Shown: in pieces, positions 26,467 to 34,934 of the stretch | Layout of the letters: each line of letters starts with the position of its first letter | Numbering within the stretch: position 1 is the first letter of the stretch | Assembly (NCBI GenBank): GCA_964419275.1 | Contig: CAYQOY010000002.1 | Location: forward strand, 6,568 to 70,567 | Origin: Candidatus Woesearchaeota archaeon | GTDB taxonomy: Archaea > Nanobdellota > Nanobdellia > Pacearchaeales > GW2011-AR1 | DNA length: 64,000 nucleotides | Reading direction: 5' to 3' | Position numbers and translations under genes: made by a program | Notes under the pieces: generated by a model | What the model was told of the DNA's origin: nothing | Database searches by the model: none | Seen by the model: the letters and a program-made list of their open reading frames with translations, nothing else

Positions 26467-27540
26467 ATGGAATTAAGAGAAGAAGAGGAGTTTAAGAATT
26501 TCAATGCTGAACATAAAAAAAGAGTAATCGTCCTCTCTGCATTGTCTTTAGTAGTCCTCCTGATTTTGGTTTTAAGTTTTTCTTTTTTGGTTTTAAAAGA
26601 CAAACCTTTGACAAATCAATGTGGAGACGGGACTCCTTATGATTCTTGCTCTAGAGATAAGCCTTACTATTGTGAAGGAGGGCAATTAATAGAAAAAGCT
26701 TCTTTCTGTGGTTGTCCTGAGTTTTTAATCCAAAATCAAGAAAAATGTATTTTAAATCTTCCAGAGACTAAAAAAACAGTTTATTTTGATTATTTCTTTG
26801 AGAATCAGAAAAAAACATTAAGATTAGACTTGTCTGAAGAGGTTTACACTTACGTTATAGGCATAGTTAGATATATCAGTTATACTCCTGAAGAAACTCC
26901 TCTAAGAAGAGATTTTAAGATGAAGAAGATTAGCGACGAAGTTCAAAGAGAGTTTATTTTACAATTAGTTAAGAAAATTCAAAACATTGCTCCAAATAAT
27001 AAATTAAACCAACTAAGAATTGCAGTAAGTTTAGTCCAAAGTATCCCCTGGAAAGTTTCTGAAAAAGATAGGCTTTTTGCGGGAAGCAAAATTTACTACT
27101 CACGATATCCTTATGAAGTCCTTTATGAAAACGAAGGAATCTGTGGAGAAAAGTCTGAATTATTATCTCTATTGTTAAAAGAAATCGGGTATGGCAGCGC
27201 TATTTTTTATTTTCCTGAGCAAAATCATGAAGCTTTGGGAATAAGCTGCCCTAAGTTCAGAAGCTTCAAAAAAACCGGATATTGTTTTGTGGAAACCAGT
27301 GGGCCTTCCATCATCAGCGATTCATCAATTGTTTATTCTGGGGGAATAGCGTTAAATTCGCAACCAGAAGTAATTGAAATTTCTGAAGGATTGTCTCTAC
27401 CCTTGTTTATGAAAGAATATTCAGATTCTTTTAAACTAAAAATAGTAAGGCAGGAAATTCTCCCAGAAGGATTTAATCAAGCGATTTTTTCAAACCTTCA
27501 GAAAACTTATGGATTAACTGAAAGATACCACCTTAGCTAA
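26467..27540 (+). CDS. membrane-anchored transglutaminase-like (papain-fold) protein
   Basis: N-terminal TM helix followed by a Cys-rich stretch. GICGEKSELLSLLLKEIGY ... NHEALGI resembles the Cys/His core of transglutaminase-like enzymes. Confidence 0.5.
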   Translation: MELREEEEFKNFNAEHKKRVIVLSALSLVVLLILVLSFSFLVLKDKPLTNQCGDGTPYDSCSRDKPYYCEGGQLIEKASFCGCPEFLIQNQEKCILNLPETKKTVYFDYFFENQKKTLRLDLSEEVYTYVIGIVRYISYTPEETPLRRDFKMKKISDEVQREFILQLVKKIQNIAPNNKLNQLRIAVSLVQSIPWKVSEKDRLFAGSKIYYSRYPYEVLYENEGICGEKSELLSLLLKEIGYGSAIFYFPEQNHEALGISCPKFRSFKKTGYCFVETSGPSIISDSSIVYSGGIALNSQPEVIEISEGLSLPLFMKEYSDSFKLKIVRQEILPEGFNQAIFSNLQKTYGLTERYHLS

Positions 27541-27612
27541 GATTATTGGATTTTTTATCCTTTCAAAATTCTTTCAGATAAAGTTTATAATCCAAAAATC
27601 CTTATTTTTAAA

Positions 27613-28302
27613 ATGAAAAAAAGAGTTGAAATAATTGCAACAATAGGCCCATCTAGTTTCTCTAGAAAAATTTTGTTGGGATTGGTCAAGGCAGGTATGA
27701 ATATTGCGAGAATAAACACTAAATATGGAAATATTGAAGAATACAAAAGAACACTTAGAGTTCTTAAGAAAACTAAATGTAAAATTATGTTTGATATAAA
27801 AAATTTAGAAGTTCTTGAGTGGATTAAGTCTCAACAATATGATTATCTCGCTGTTTCTTTTGCAGAATCTAGAGAACAAATTCGCAAAATAAGAAATATT
27901 GTTGGTAAGAAAATTAAAATTATCTCTAAAATTGAAAGTGAGCGTGGGCTTGAAAATTTAGATGAGCTTATCCTAGAGAGTGATGGGATAATGGTTGCGA
28001 GGGGGGATTTAGGAAAGAGTATTAAAATGGAAAAAGTTCCAATAACTCAAAAGATAATCATTCGGAAATGTAATCTGAAAAGAAAAATGGTAATAACCGC
28101 CACGGAGATGCTTCTTTCAATGGTAAATTCAAAATCCCCCGGGAAAGCAGAAGTAAGTGATGTTGCCAATGCTGTTTTAGATGGTTCAGATGCAGTTATG
28201 CTCTCAGAAGAAACTACAATTGGAAGATACCCTGTTTTAGCTCTTAAAACAATGCGGAAAATTATTGATGAAACTGATAAGATGAAGTGGATGCTTCATT
28301 GA
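27613..28302 (+). CDS. pyruvate kinase-like protein, minimal (no B or C domain)
   Basis: IIATIGPSS, MNIARINTKYG, SKIESERGLENLDEI, DGIMVARGDLG, ITATEMLLSM and DAVMLSEETTIGRYP align with PK A-domain motifs. The ORF is only 229 aa. Confidence 0.65.
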   Translation: MKKRVEIIATIGPSSFSRKILLGLVKAGMNIARINTKYGNIEEYKRTLRVLKKTKCKIMFDIKNLEVLEWIKSQQYDYLAVSFAESREQIRKIRNIVGKKIKIISKIESERGLENLDELILESDGIMVARGDLGKSIKMEKVPITQKIIIRKCNLKRKMVITATEMLLSMVNSKSPGKAEVSDVANAVLDGSDAVMLSEETTIGRYPVLALKTMRKIIDETDKMKWMLH

Positions 28303-28330
28303 AGCCAGTTTTTTATTTTCGTTTAGAATT

Positions 28331-29170
28331 CTATCTAAAGCTTTTGCTTATTTTCTGCGTCCAGAAAGAAGGAAGCTCGTTTGTAACAAATCCTCTAAAC
28401 TCTTCAGAATAAATATAGGTTAATCCTTTTTTGTCTTTTAGTTTTCTAAAGTCTTCGCTAGTTGATTCATAAATCTCTTTCACCTTTTTTCTTTCAAAAT
28501 CTTTTTGTAGCAAAGAAGAAGGCTTGAGGGCTATATAATCTGCTTGTCGAATTGCATTAACTTCTAGATTTGAAGAATTTTGTGAAATGAATAAAATGCT
28601 TATTCCTTTGTGTCTAGCGATGAGAATAAGTTCGCTTAAAATTTTGTTTGCATTAGTCATAGCTTTTCTCGAGCTAAACAAGATTCCCCCTTCATCTATC
28701 AGAACTAAAGAGTCATTTTCTATTTCAGAAACATCTTCAACAACTTTTATCCAAGAAGGCATTTCTTTTTCATCAAATCCCATTGCATAACATTTCTTTT
28801 TTTGGTTGGAATAAATGTTTTCTAAAATCTTCAGCCCAAAGGCAGTTTTTCCTGTTCCTCTCGCACCTAAGATCAAGCCAATTGTGCTCTCTGCTTTTTG
28901 CACTTTTTCTTCCCAGGATAAAAAGTCTCCTGAAACTGTTTTAATTAATTTAAATTGAGAATAGTTTGCACCCATCCTTCTTCTTCGCGTTTTAATCTGA
29001 GTCTTCAAAGTTTGTTTTTTTATTTTTTTTACAATCCAGATTATCCCCCATGCAACAAAGTAAGGAATTCTTAAAACAAACCATAAAACTGAAAAGAGCC
29101 CTTTAAAGAAAGATTTCAATTCTTTTTTCACTTCCTGACTTGTTTGTTTTTTCTGTTTTTTCTTATCCAT
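28331..29170 (-). CDS. membrane-anchored P-loop NTPase (Zot/packaging-ATPase-like)
   Basis: N-terminal TM helix, Walker A GARGTGKT, Walker B LVLIDEGG, then ISQN. 279 aa. The family assignment is tentative. Confidence 0.55.
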   Translation of the reverse strand: MDKKKQKKQTSQEVKKELKSFFKGLFSVLWFVLRIPYFVAWGIIWIVKKIKKQTLKTQIKTRRRRMGANYSQFKLIKTVSGDFLSWEEKVQKAESTIGLILGARGTGKTAFGLKILENIYSNQKKKCYAMGFDEKEMPSWIKVVEDVSEIENDSLVLIDEGGILFSSRKAMTNANKILSELILIARHKGISILFISQNSSNLEVNAIRQADYIALKPSSLLQKDFERKKVKEIYESTSEDFRKLKDKKGLTYIYSEEFRGFVTNELPSFWTQKISKSFR

Positions 29171-29248
29171 GAATCTATTAAATAAATCTATTTTATATTT
29201 TTATCTTTTATCTGAAAAATTTAAAAACCAAATTTACTTTTTTAATTT

Positions 29249-29581
29249 ATGAGGAAATTAGACCCTTCAAAAAAAAGAGTTTTAAACAATGAAGAGAGAA
29301 CACGCATTCAGCGAGGCTTTAATGATTGGAGGGACAGGCCTAGCCGTAATTTCAGAGAAGTTTTACAAGAATTCGGATTGAACTACGAACAATTAAAAAA
29401 TTGTCATTATCGTATTTGGGCTCCGGGGGTGGGAACTTCGGTTATAGTCAGCTCAACTCCAAGTGATCGCGGAAGATTTGCTAAACAAGCTTCACATGAT
29501 ATAATTAATTATATTGAGAAATATTGCCCTGAAGAGACTTACGAGTCTTCTGAGGGTGATAATTATATTCGCAAGCGTTAA
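29249..29581 (+). CDS. hypothetical protein (110 aa)
   Basis: ORF with no motif I can name. It appears visibly richer in G/C-containing codons than its neighbours. Its 3' end overlaps the alaS stop by 4 nt (convergent). Confidence 0.4.
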   Translation: MRKLDPSKKRVLNNEERTRIQRGFNDWRDRPSRNFREVLQEFGLNYEQLKNCHYRIWAPGVGTSVIVSSTPSDRGRFAKQASHDIINYIEKYCPEETYESSEGDNYIRKR

Positions 29582-31368
29582 TCTTCCAAAATAGCTTTTA
29601 TTCTTCTTGTGCCTGCTGCACTGGATTCTTCTTTAGCAATTTTGAATTTTCCAATTTCTTTTGTGTTGGAAACATGTGGGCCTGTGCAAATTTCTTTGCT
29701 GAACCAGCCTTGGTTGGATGAATCTTTGATTGTGTAAACCGAAACTTTTTCAGGATATTTTGCTGCGAATTCTGCCTGAGCTCCAGATTCTATCGCTTTT
29801 TTCAGAGGCATTTCTTCTTTTATCACGAGAAGAGCTTGTTTTATTTTCTCATTTACAAGATTTTCCACTTCTTGTATTTCTTGCTCTGTTAATTTTCTGG
29901 GGAAATTGAAATCGAATCTCAACCTTTCAGAGGTTATGTTGGAGCCTCTTTGAGAAATTGTTTTGTCTTTCAAAACTCTTCTAAGCGCTTCGTTGAGAAG
30001 GTGTGTCGAGGTGTGAAACTTTTTTGTTTTATCAGAATTGTCTGCCAATCCCGATTTGAATTTTCCTTGAGTTGCAGTTCTGGAGAGCTCTTGATGTGAA
30101 GATTGCTCTTGCTGGAATTCTTTTTGAATTCTTTCTAAGGCATATTTTATCTTTTTTTCATTAAGCATTTCTAAAGTCATTTCAATCGGAAATCCGTAGG
30201 ATTGGAAAAGTAGGAAAGCATCTTTTCCCGTTATTTGATTGTTTTCAGAAATAATCTTTTCAAATATTTTTATTCCTTTATTGATTGTTTCATTAAATCT
30301 TTTTTCTTCTTTTTCTAATTCTTGTAATATCTCTTTTTTGTTTTGCTTAAGATTATCGTAATCCGTGTAAATATCAAAAACAGATTCCGAAATCTTAGAA
30401 GTGAAATCAGAAATGCCTATCAAATGCCCATGTCTTATAGCTCTTCTGATTAACCTTCTCAAGACATAACCTTGTTCGGTATTTGAAGGAAGGACTTTGT
30501 CTGCTAAAATGAAAACAGAAGCTTTCAAATGGTCTGCAATTATTCTCATGGATTTTTTTGTTGTTTCATCTGATTTTTCATAATCTTTTTTAGAGATTTT
30601 TTCGATTTTTTCGATTATTGGTAACCACATATCGGCAAGGTAATTATCTTCTAATTTGTTTAAAATTGCAGTTGTTCTTTCAACACCCATTCCCGTATCA
30701 ATATTTTTTTGTGAAGACTCTTTGTATTTCCCTTTAATATCTTTCACATATTGCATTAAAACATCATTCCAAATTTCAACCCATCTTTTGTCTTCTGGAT
30801 TGAATCTCTCTGGAGCAGGGTTTTTGTTGTCTTTCCAGTAAAACATTTCTGTATCTGGTCCGCATGGCCCTGTTTGTCCGGCAGGCCCCCACCAATTGTT
30901 TTCTTTGCCTAAGAAAGCTATTCTTTGTTTTTTTATTCCGAGTGACTCCCAGGTTTTTGCAGATTCTTCATCCTTGGGGATTTCTTTGTCTCCCACGAAA
31001 ACAGTCACAGCGATTCTTTCAATTGGAATCTTTAAAATTTTAGTTAGAAACTCAAAACTGTATTGAACAGCTTGTTTTTTGAAATAATCCCCTAAACTCC
31101 AATTTCCAAGCATTTCAAAGAAAGTGTGATGAGTTGTATCTCCTACTTCATCAATATCTTGAGTTCTGATACATCTTTGAACACTTGTCAATCTTTTTCC
31201 AAGAGGGTGTTTTTCTCCAAGAAGATAAGGCACAAGGGGATGCATTCCTGCGGTTGTAAATAAAACAGTAGGGTCATTTCTGGGAACTAAACTTTCATTG
31301 GGGATTACTTCGTGCCCTTTGGATCTAAAAAAGTCTAAATATTTCTTGATAAGTTGCTTTCTATTCAT
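29578..31368 (-). CDS. alaS: alanyl-tRNA synthetase, bacterial-type, short form lacking the C-Ala domain
   Basis: FFRSKGHEVIPNESLVPRNDPTVLFTTAGM and HHTFFEMLGNWSLGDYFK are catalytic-core motifs. Editing-domain motifs HTSTHLL and CTGPHV follow. The ORF ends at 596 aa. Confidence 0.88.
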   Translation of the reverse strand: MNRKQLIKKYLDFFRSKGHEVIPNESLVPRNDPTVLFTTAGMHPLVPYLLGEKHPLGKRLTSVQRCIRTQDIDEVGDTTHHTFFEMLGNWSLGDYFKKQAVQYSFEFLTKILKIPIERIAVTVFVGDKEIPKDEESAKTWESLGIKKQRIAFLGKENNWWGPAGQTGPCGPDTEMFYWKDNKNPAPERFNPEDKRWVEIWNDVLMQYVKDIKGKYKESSQKNIDTGMGVERTTAILNKLEDNYLADMWLPIIEKIEKISKKDYEKSDETTKKSMRIIADHLKASVFILADKVLPSNTEQGYVLRRLIRRAIRHGHLIGISDFTSKISESVFDIYTDYDNLKQNKKEILQELEKEEKRFNETINKGIKIFEKIISENNQITGKDAFLLFQSYGFPIEMTLEMLNEKKIKYALERIQKEFQQEQSSHQELSRTATQGKFKSGLADNSDKTKKFHTSTHLLNEALRRVLKDKTISQRGSNITSERLRFDFNFPRKLTEQEIQEVENLVNEKIKQALLVIKEEMPLKKAIESGAQAEFAAKYPEKVSVYTIKDSSNQGWFSKEICTGPHVSNTKEIGKFKIAKEESSAAGTRRIKAILED

Positions 31369-31421
31369 GAATATAGTTAGAAATTTGTCTTTTAATTATT
31401 TTGCTTCATAACCTTTGAGGT

Positions 31422-31820
31422 CTAAGCAGGAGAAAGAGATTGAATTTTTCTTTGGATTTCTAAAAGTTGTTGCTCTAAAGCATCTTCTGTTTTGGATTTC
31501 TTTGATAAAGGTTTTATCTCTTGAATGCTCTCTAGCTTTTTTTCAAAAACTTCTTTTTGTTTTTGAGAGTTTTTTAGTATCCTTGGTATTTCTAATGCAG
31601 GGAGGTTCTTTTCCATTTTTTTGACATTAAGCGAAATTTTCTTGAGAATCTTGTAAAAATTAGTTTTAAGGGCGAGTTCTTGTTTTCGTAATTCTGCATA
31701 TCGGTTTATTGCCTTTAAAATAAAGATTAGTTCCATTTCCGAAGTTAAAACCTCTTTTCTTAGAAAAATAGCTTCCCCATAATCAAGTCTAATATGAATC
31801 GGGCTGGTTTGTTCTACCAT
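31422..31820 (-). CDS. coiled-coil protein (hypothetical)
   Basis: 132 aa, predicted helical. Its start ATG shares one nucleotide with the upstream stop (TAATG). Confidence 0.5.
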   Translation of the reverse strand: MVEQTSPIHIRLDYGEAIFLRKEVLTSEMELIFILKAINRYAELRKQELALKTNFYKILKKISLNVKKMEKNLPALEIPRILKNSQKQKEVFEKKLESIQEIKPLSKKSKTEDALEQQLLEIQRKIQSLSPA

Positions 31821-32461
31821 TATATTTTTGAGAAAATGTTTTTATCAATTTTTTCTATTTGATTTTTCATCGATTCCATCTTCGTTGTCCAGGAAATCAA
31901 TTCGTCATTTTCTTGCTCTTTAACTTCTTTGATTTTGTTTAACAATCTTTCTGCTTCAGCAAGTTGTTTTTTCATGTCCCCAAACAAATCCAAACTTTCT
32001 TCAAATCTCTCAAGCTTAACAAAAACAGAATCATCTTTGCTTCTTGGTGCTGCTGTTTCTTTAGCAGGAGCAGCAGGTTTAATTGGCATCTTCGTTGTTC
32101 GGAAATCTGTTTCAGAGTCTATCTCTCTTACTCTTGGAGCCTCAGAAGTAGACGGAATTTTTTTTATCTCGGTTGTTGTTTCTATTTCTTCATCGTAGTC
32201 TTCCAAGTCTTCATAGTCATCTTCTAATTCTTCGGTATCATCTGGAAGTATATCACCTCTTACTTCCCCGGATACGGCATCTTTGATTGTGTTTTGAGAG
32301 AATTTGTTTCCTAAAGAACTTGAAGGGAAACTAGGCAATGCTTGTAAAGGTCTCTTAACTTCTGTTGTTTTAGGAGAATTGAAATCAAGTTCAGGTAGTC
32401 TTGGAAGATCTGGTAAACTTAATGGCTTCTCCTCTATTTTTTTGCTTTTGAACAACCCCAT
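31820..32461 (-). CDS. acidic disordered/coiled-coil protein (hypothetical)
   Basis: 213 aa: MGLFKSKK N-terminus, a long acidic low-complexity middle, and a C-terminal helix FVKLERFEESLDLFGDMKKQLAEAERLLNKIKEVKE. Confidence 0.5.
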   Translation of the reverse strand: MGLFKSKKIEEKPLSLPDLPRLPELDFNSPKTTEVKRPLQALPSFPSSSLGNKFSQNTIKDAVSGEVRGDILPDDTEELEDDYEDLEDYDEEIETTTEIKKIPSTSEAPRVREIDSETDFRTTKMPIKPAAPAKETAAPRSKDDSVFVKLERFEESLDLFGDMKKQLAEAERLLNKIKEVKEQENDELISWTTKMESMKNQIEKIDKNIFSKI

Positions 32462-32567
32462 TTTTTATTATACTGTAATTTATATATTCTAATAGAAGTA
32501 TAGGTTTAAAAACTTTATTTTTTTATGATATTAATAAAGTTTAAATTTTTATTCGATAAACTCAAAT

Positions 32568-33350
32568 ATGGATGCAAAATTAATCAAAGAGGCAATGTTT
32601 GGCGTCGGAGGAAAACCCGCAGAGACTTTAGTTGATATTCTTGATGGAAAAAAATATACAAATGAATTTTTGATTGCAAAAAAATTAGATTTGACTATCA
32701 ATCAAACAAGAAATATTCTTTACAAACTTTCTGAACAAGGGATGGTTTCCTCCACTAGAAAGAAAGATAAAAAGAAAGGGTGGTATACTTATTCTTGGAA
32801 AATTGAAGAATTAAGAGCACTTGAGTTTTTGAAATCCATTCTTGATAAACGACTTGAACAGATTCAAAATCAAATAAAGAATCGTGAAACAGTGGGATAC
32901 TATTCCTGCACAAAATGCAATATTGAATTCAATGAAGAAAATGCTCTTGTCCAGGACTTCACTTGCCCAGAATGTGAAAGTATTCTTGAACGTTCAGATA
33001 ACACAAATGTCCTTAAGGCGTTCAAAAGAAATTTAGAAGAGTTAGAAAAGAAACTGGAAATAATAACAAAGGATATAGAAGAAGAAAAAACTAGACATCA
33101 AAAACAGAAGGACCGGGCTGTAAAGAAAGCAGTTAAATTCAAAAAAGAAGAAAGAATGCGAAAATCTCGAGAGACTAGAGAAAAGAAAAAGAAGCTTTTG
33201 AAAGCCGAAGAAAGAAAAAAAGCTCGTGCAGAAAAAAAGAAAAATCCTTCAAAAGTTGCATCCAAGAAAAAAGAAAAAAAGCCAGCAACAAAAAAGAGTT
33301 CTAAGCCTAGCAATTCAAAGAAGAAAGTTAAGAAAGTTTCCAAGAAGTAA
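32568..33350 (+). CDS. tfe: transcription factor E (TFE alpha) with lysine-rich tail
   Basis: N-terminal winged helix (LIAKKLDLTINQTRNILYKLSEQGMV), then a zinc ribbon (CTKC...CPEC), then about 90 aa of K/E-rich tail. Confidence 0.8.
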   Translation: MDAKLIKEAMFGVGGKPAETLVDILDGKKYTNEFLIAKKLDLTINQTRNILYKLSEQGMVSSTRKKDKKKGWYTYSWKIEELRALEFLKSILDKRLEQIQNQIKNRETVGYYSCTKCNIEFNEENALVQDFTCPECESILERSDNTNVLKAFKRNLEELEKKLEIITKDIEEEKTRHQKQKDRAVKKAVKFKKEERMRKSRETREKKKKLLKAEERKKARAEKKKNPSKVASKKKEKKPATKKSSKPSNSKKKVKKVSKK

Positions 33351-33406
33351 TCTTTTTAATAGTTTAAAGACAAATATAATCAATTCTAAATAATAATAAA
33401 CTCAAA

Positions 33407-34069
33407 ATGATAAGAAAATCCAGAAAAATTCCATTTTTGTTTCCTTTCAGACTAAGCGCAACAACTAGTTTGTTAATTGCAAATATAGTCTGCTTTGTTG
33501 TTTTTTCTGTTTTACTTTTGATAAAACCAGAATTCATTGAGTACATAGCACTTAAACCTTCAAGCATATTCCAAGGAAAATATCTTTGGACTTTTTTGAC
33601 CAGTATGTTCATGCACGGAGGATTTTTTCATCTTTTTGCCAATATGATTTCATTGATGTTTGTTGGAAGATTAGTTGAAAAAATTCTCGGAACCAAAAGA
33701 TATGTTTTATTTTATTTAGCTTCAGGGTTATTTGCAGGAGCTCTTTTTGTTTTGTCTTCTTTAATTCTAACTTCAGATTATAATACTTTTGCAGTTGGAG
33801 CTTCAGGTGCTTTGTTTGGATTTATTGGCTTATTAATGATTCTAACTCCAAATCTTCCAGTTTATATTATGTTTATTCCAATTCCAATTAAAATGAAATA
33901 TGCCGGATTTGGCATGCTTGCAGGGTTATGGTTAATTTCTATTCTCGGAGGCCTTCCTATTGGGAACATCGCCCACCTTGGAGGAGCTTTGTCTGGGCTT
34001 TTGTTTGGGCTTTATTTAAAGATTAAATATAAAAAGAAAACCAGATATATTCAGAAATTGTTCAGTTAA
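33407..34069 (+). CDS. rhomboid family intramembrane serine protease
   Basis: Multi-TM protein with GASGALFG (catalytic Ser) and AHLGGALSG (catalytic His) motifs. Confidence 0.85.
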   Translation: MIRKSRKIPFLFPFRLSATTSLLIANIVCFVVFSVLLLIKPEFIEYIALKPSSIFQGKYLWTFLTSMFMHGGFFHLFANMISLMFVGRLVEKILGTKRYVLFYLASGLFAGALFVLSSLILTSDYNTFAVGASGALFGFIGLLMILTPNLPVYIMFIPIPIKMKYAGFGMLAGLWLISILGGLPIGNIAHLGGALSGLLFGLYLKIKYKKKTRYIQKLFS

Positions 34070-34091
34070 TTAAACCTAATCTCAAACCAAG

Positions 34092-34859
34092 ATGAAAGCA
34101 AAAAAGAGTATGAAAAATAAAAAAGAAAAAAAGAAAGGTCAGATAGTTTCAGCTAAGAAATCTGAAAGAGATAATAAATCCTTAAAAGAAATTTACAAAT
34201 CAAATTTAGATTATATTTTTCAGTGTAGATATTTTATTTTGATTTCATTGGGAATATTTTTGTTTTTCTTTTTACTCGGGTTATTTGTTCCTACACCAGA
34301 ATTCATTGAAAAAGAAATATTTGACTTGCTTAGAGAGCTTTCAGAAAAGATTAGCGGGATTCACGGAATTCAATTGATTTTTTACATCTTTTTCAATAAT
34401 CTTTTTGCAAGTTTATTTGGTTTGATTTTAGGAATCTTTTTTGGAATTTTTTCTGTAACAAGCTCGATTACTAATGGATATATCCTAGGATTTGTTTCAG
34501 CATTAAGCGTTAGTGTAGGGGGTATTAGCTCACTTTGGAAGCTTTTGCCTCACGGAATTTTTGAGTTGCCAGCAATTTTCATTTCCTTAGGGATGGGATT
34601 AAGTTTAGGATTCCCTTTTGTTTATAGGTATTTCAAGTATCATTCTCATAAAAAAGAAAATTTAGCTATTCTTTTCGGAATTTTGTTTTTACTTCCAGCA
34701 ATAATTATAACCGCTTTAATTGATAAAAAATTAAGAGCTTATCAAACAAGAGACTTCAAGCGCAGATTAAACAGCTCGCTTTCGGTTTTCTTTTTTGTCA
34801 TTGTGCCTCTTTTAATCCTAGCTGCAGTTATTGAGGGGCTTTTGATCACTTTTTTGTAA
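34092..34859 (+). CDS. SpoIIM-like membrane protein (DUF95)
   Basis: Multi-TM protein with the LPHGIFELPAIFIS motif typical of the stage II sporulation protein M family. Confidence 0.7.
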   Translation: MKAKKSMKNKKEKKKGQIVSAKKSERDNKSLKEIYKSNLDYIFQCRYFILISLGIFLFFFLLGLFVPTPEFIEKEIFDLLRELSEKISGIHGIQLIFYIFFNNLFASLFGLILGIFFGIFSVTSSITNGYILGFVSALSVSVGGISSLWKLLPHGIFELPAIFISLGMGLSLGFPFVYRYFKYHSHKKENLAILFGILFLLPAIIITALIDKKLRAYQTRDFKRRLNSSLSVFFFVIVPLLILAAVIEGLLITFL

Positions 34860-34934
34860 CTTTGCTTTTTTAATGTCTATTTTGAATTTTTCTTTTTGAG
34901 TTAAGCTTAAAAATTGATAGATAATGGGTATTCT

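Noticed and set aside
31929-32227. Two plus-strand ORFs (89 and 87 aa) in the coiled-coil gene region
   Set aside because: They are antisense to the 213-aa ORF, have low-complexity composition, and have no independent start context.
33098-33343. 81-aa minus-strand Phe-rich ORF
   Set aside because: It is the complement of the lysine-rich (AAA/AAG) tail of TFE, which gives TTT/CTT codons. It is an artefact.
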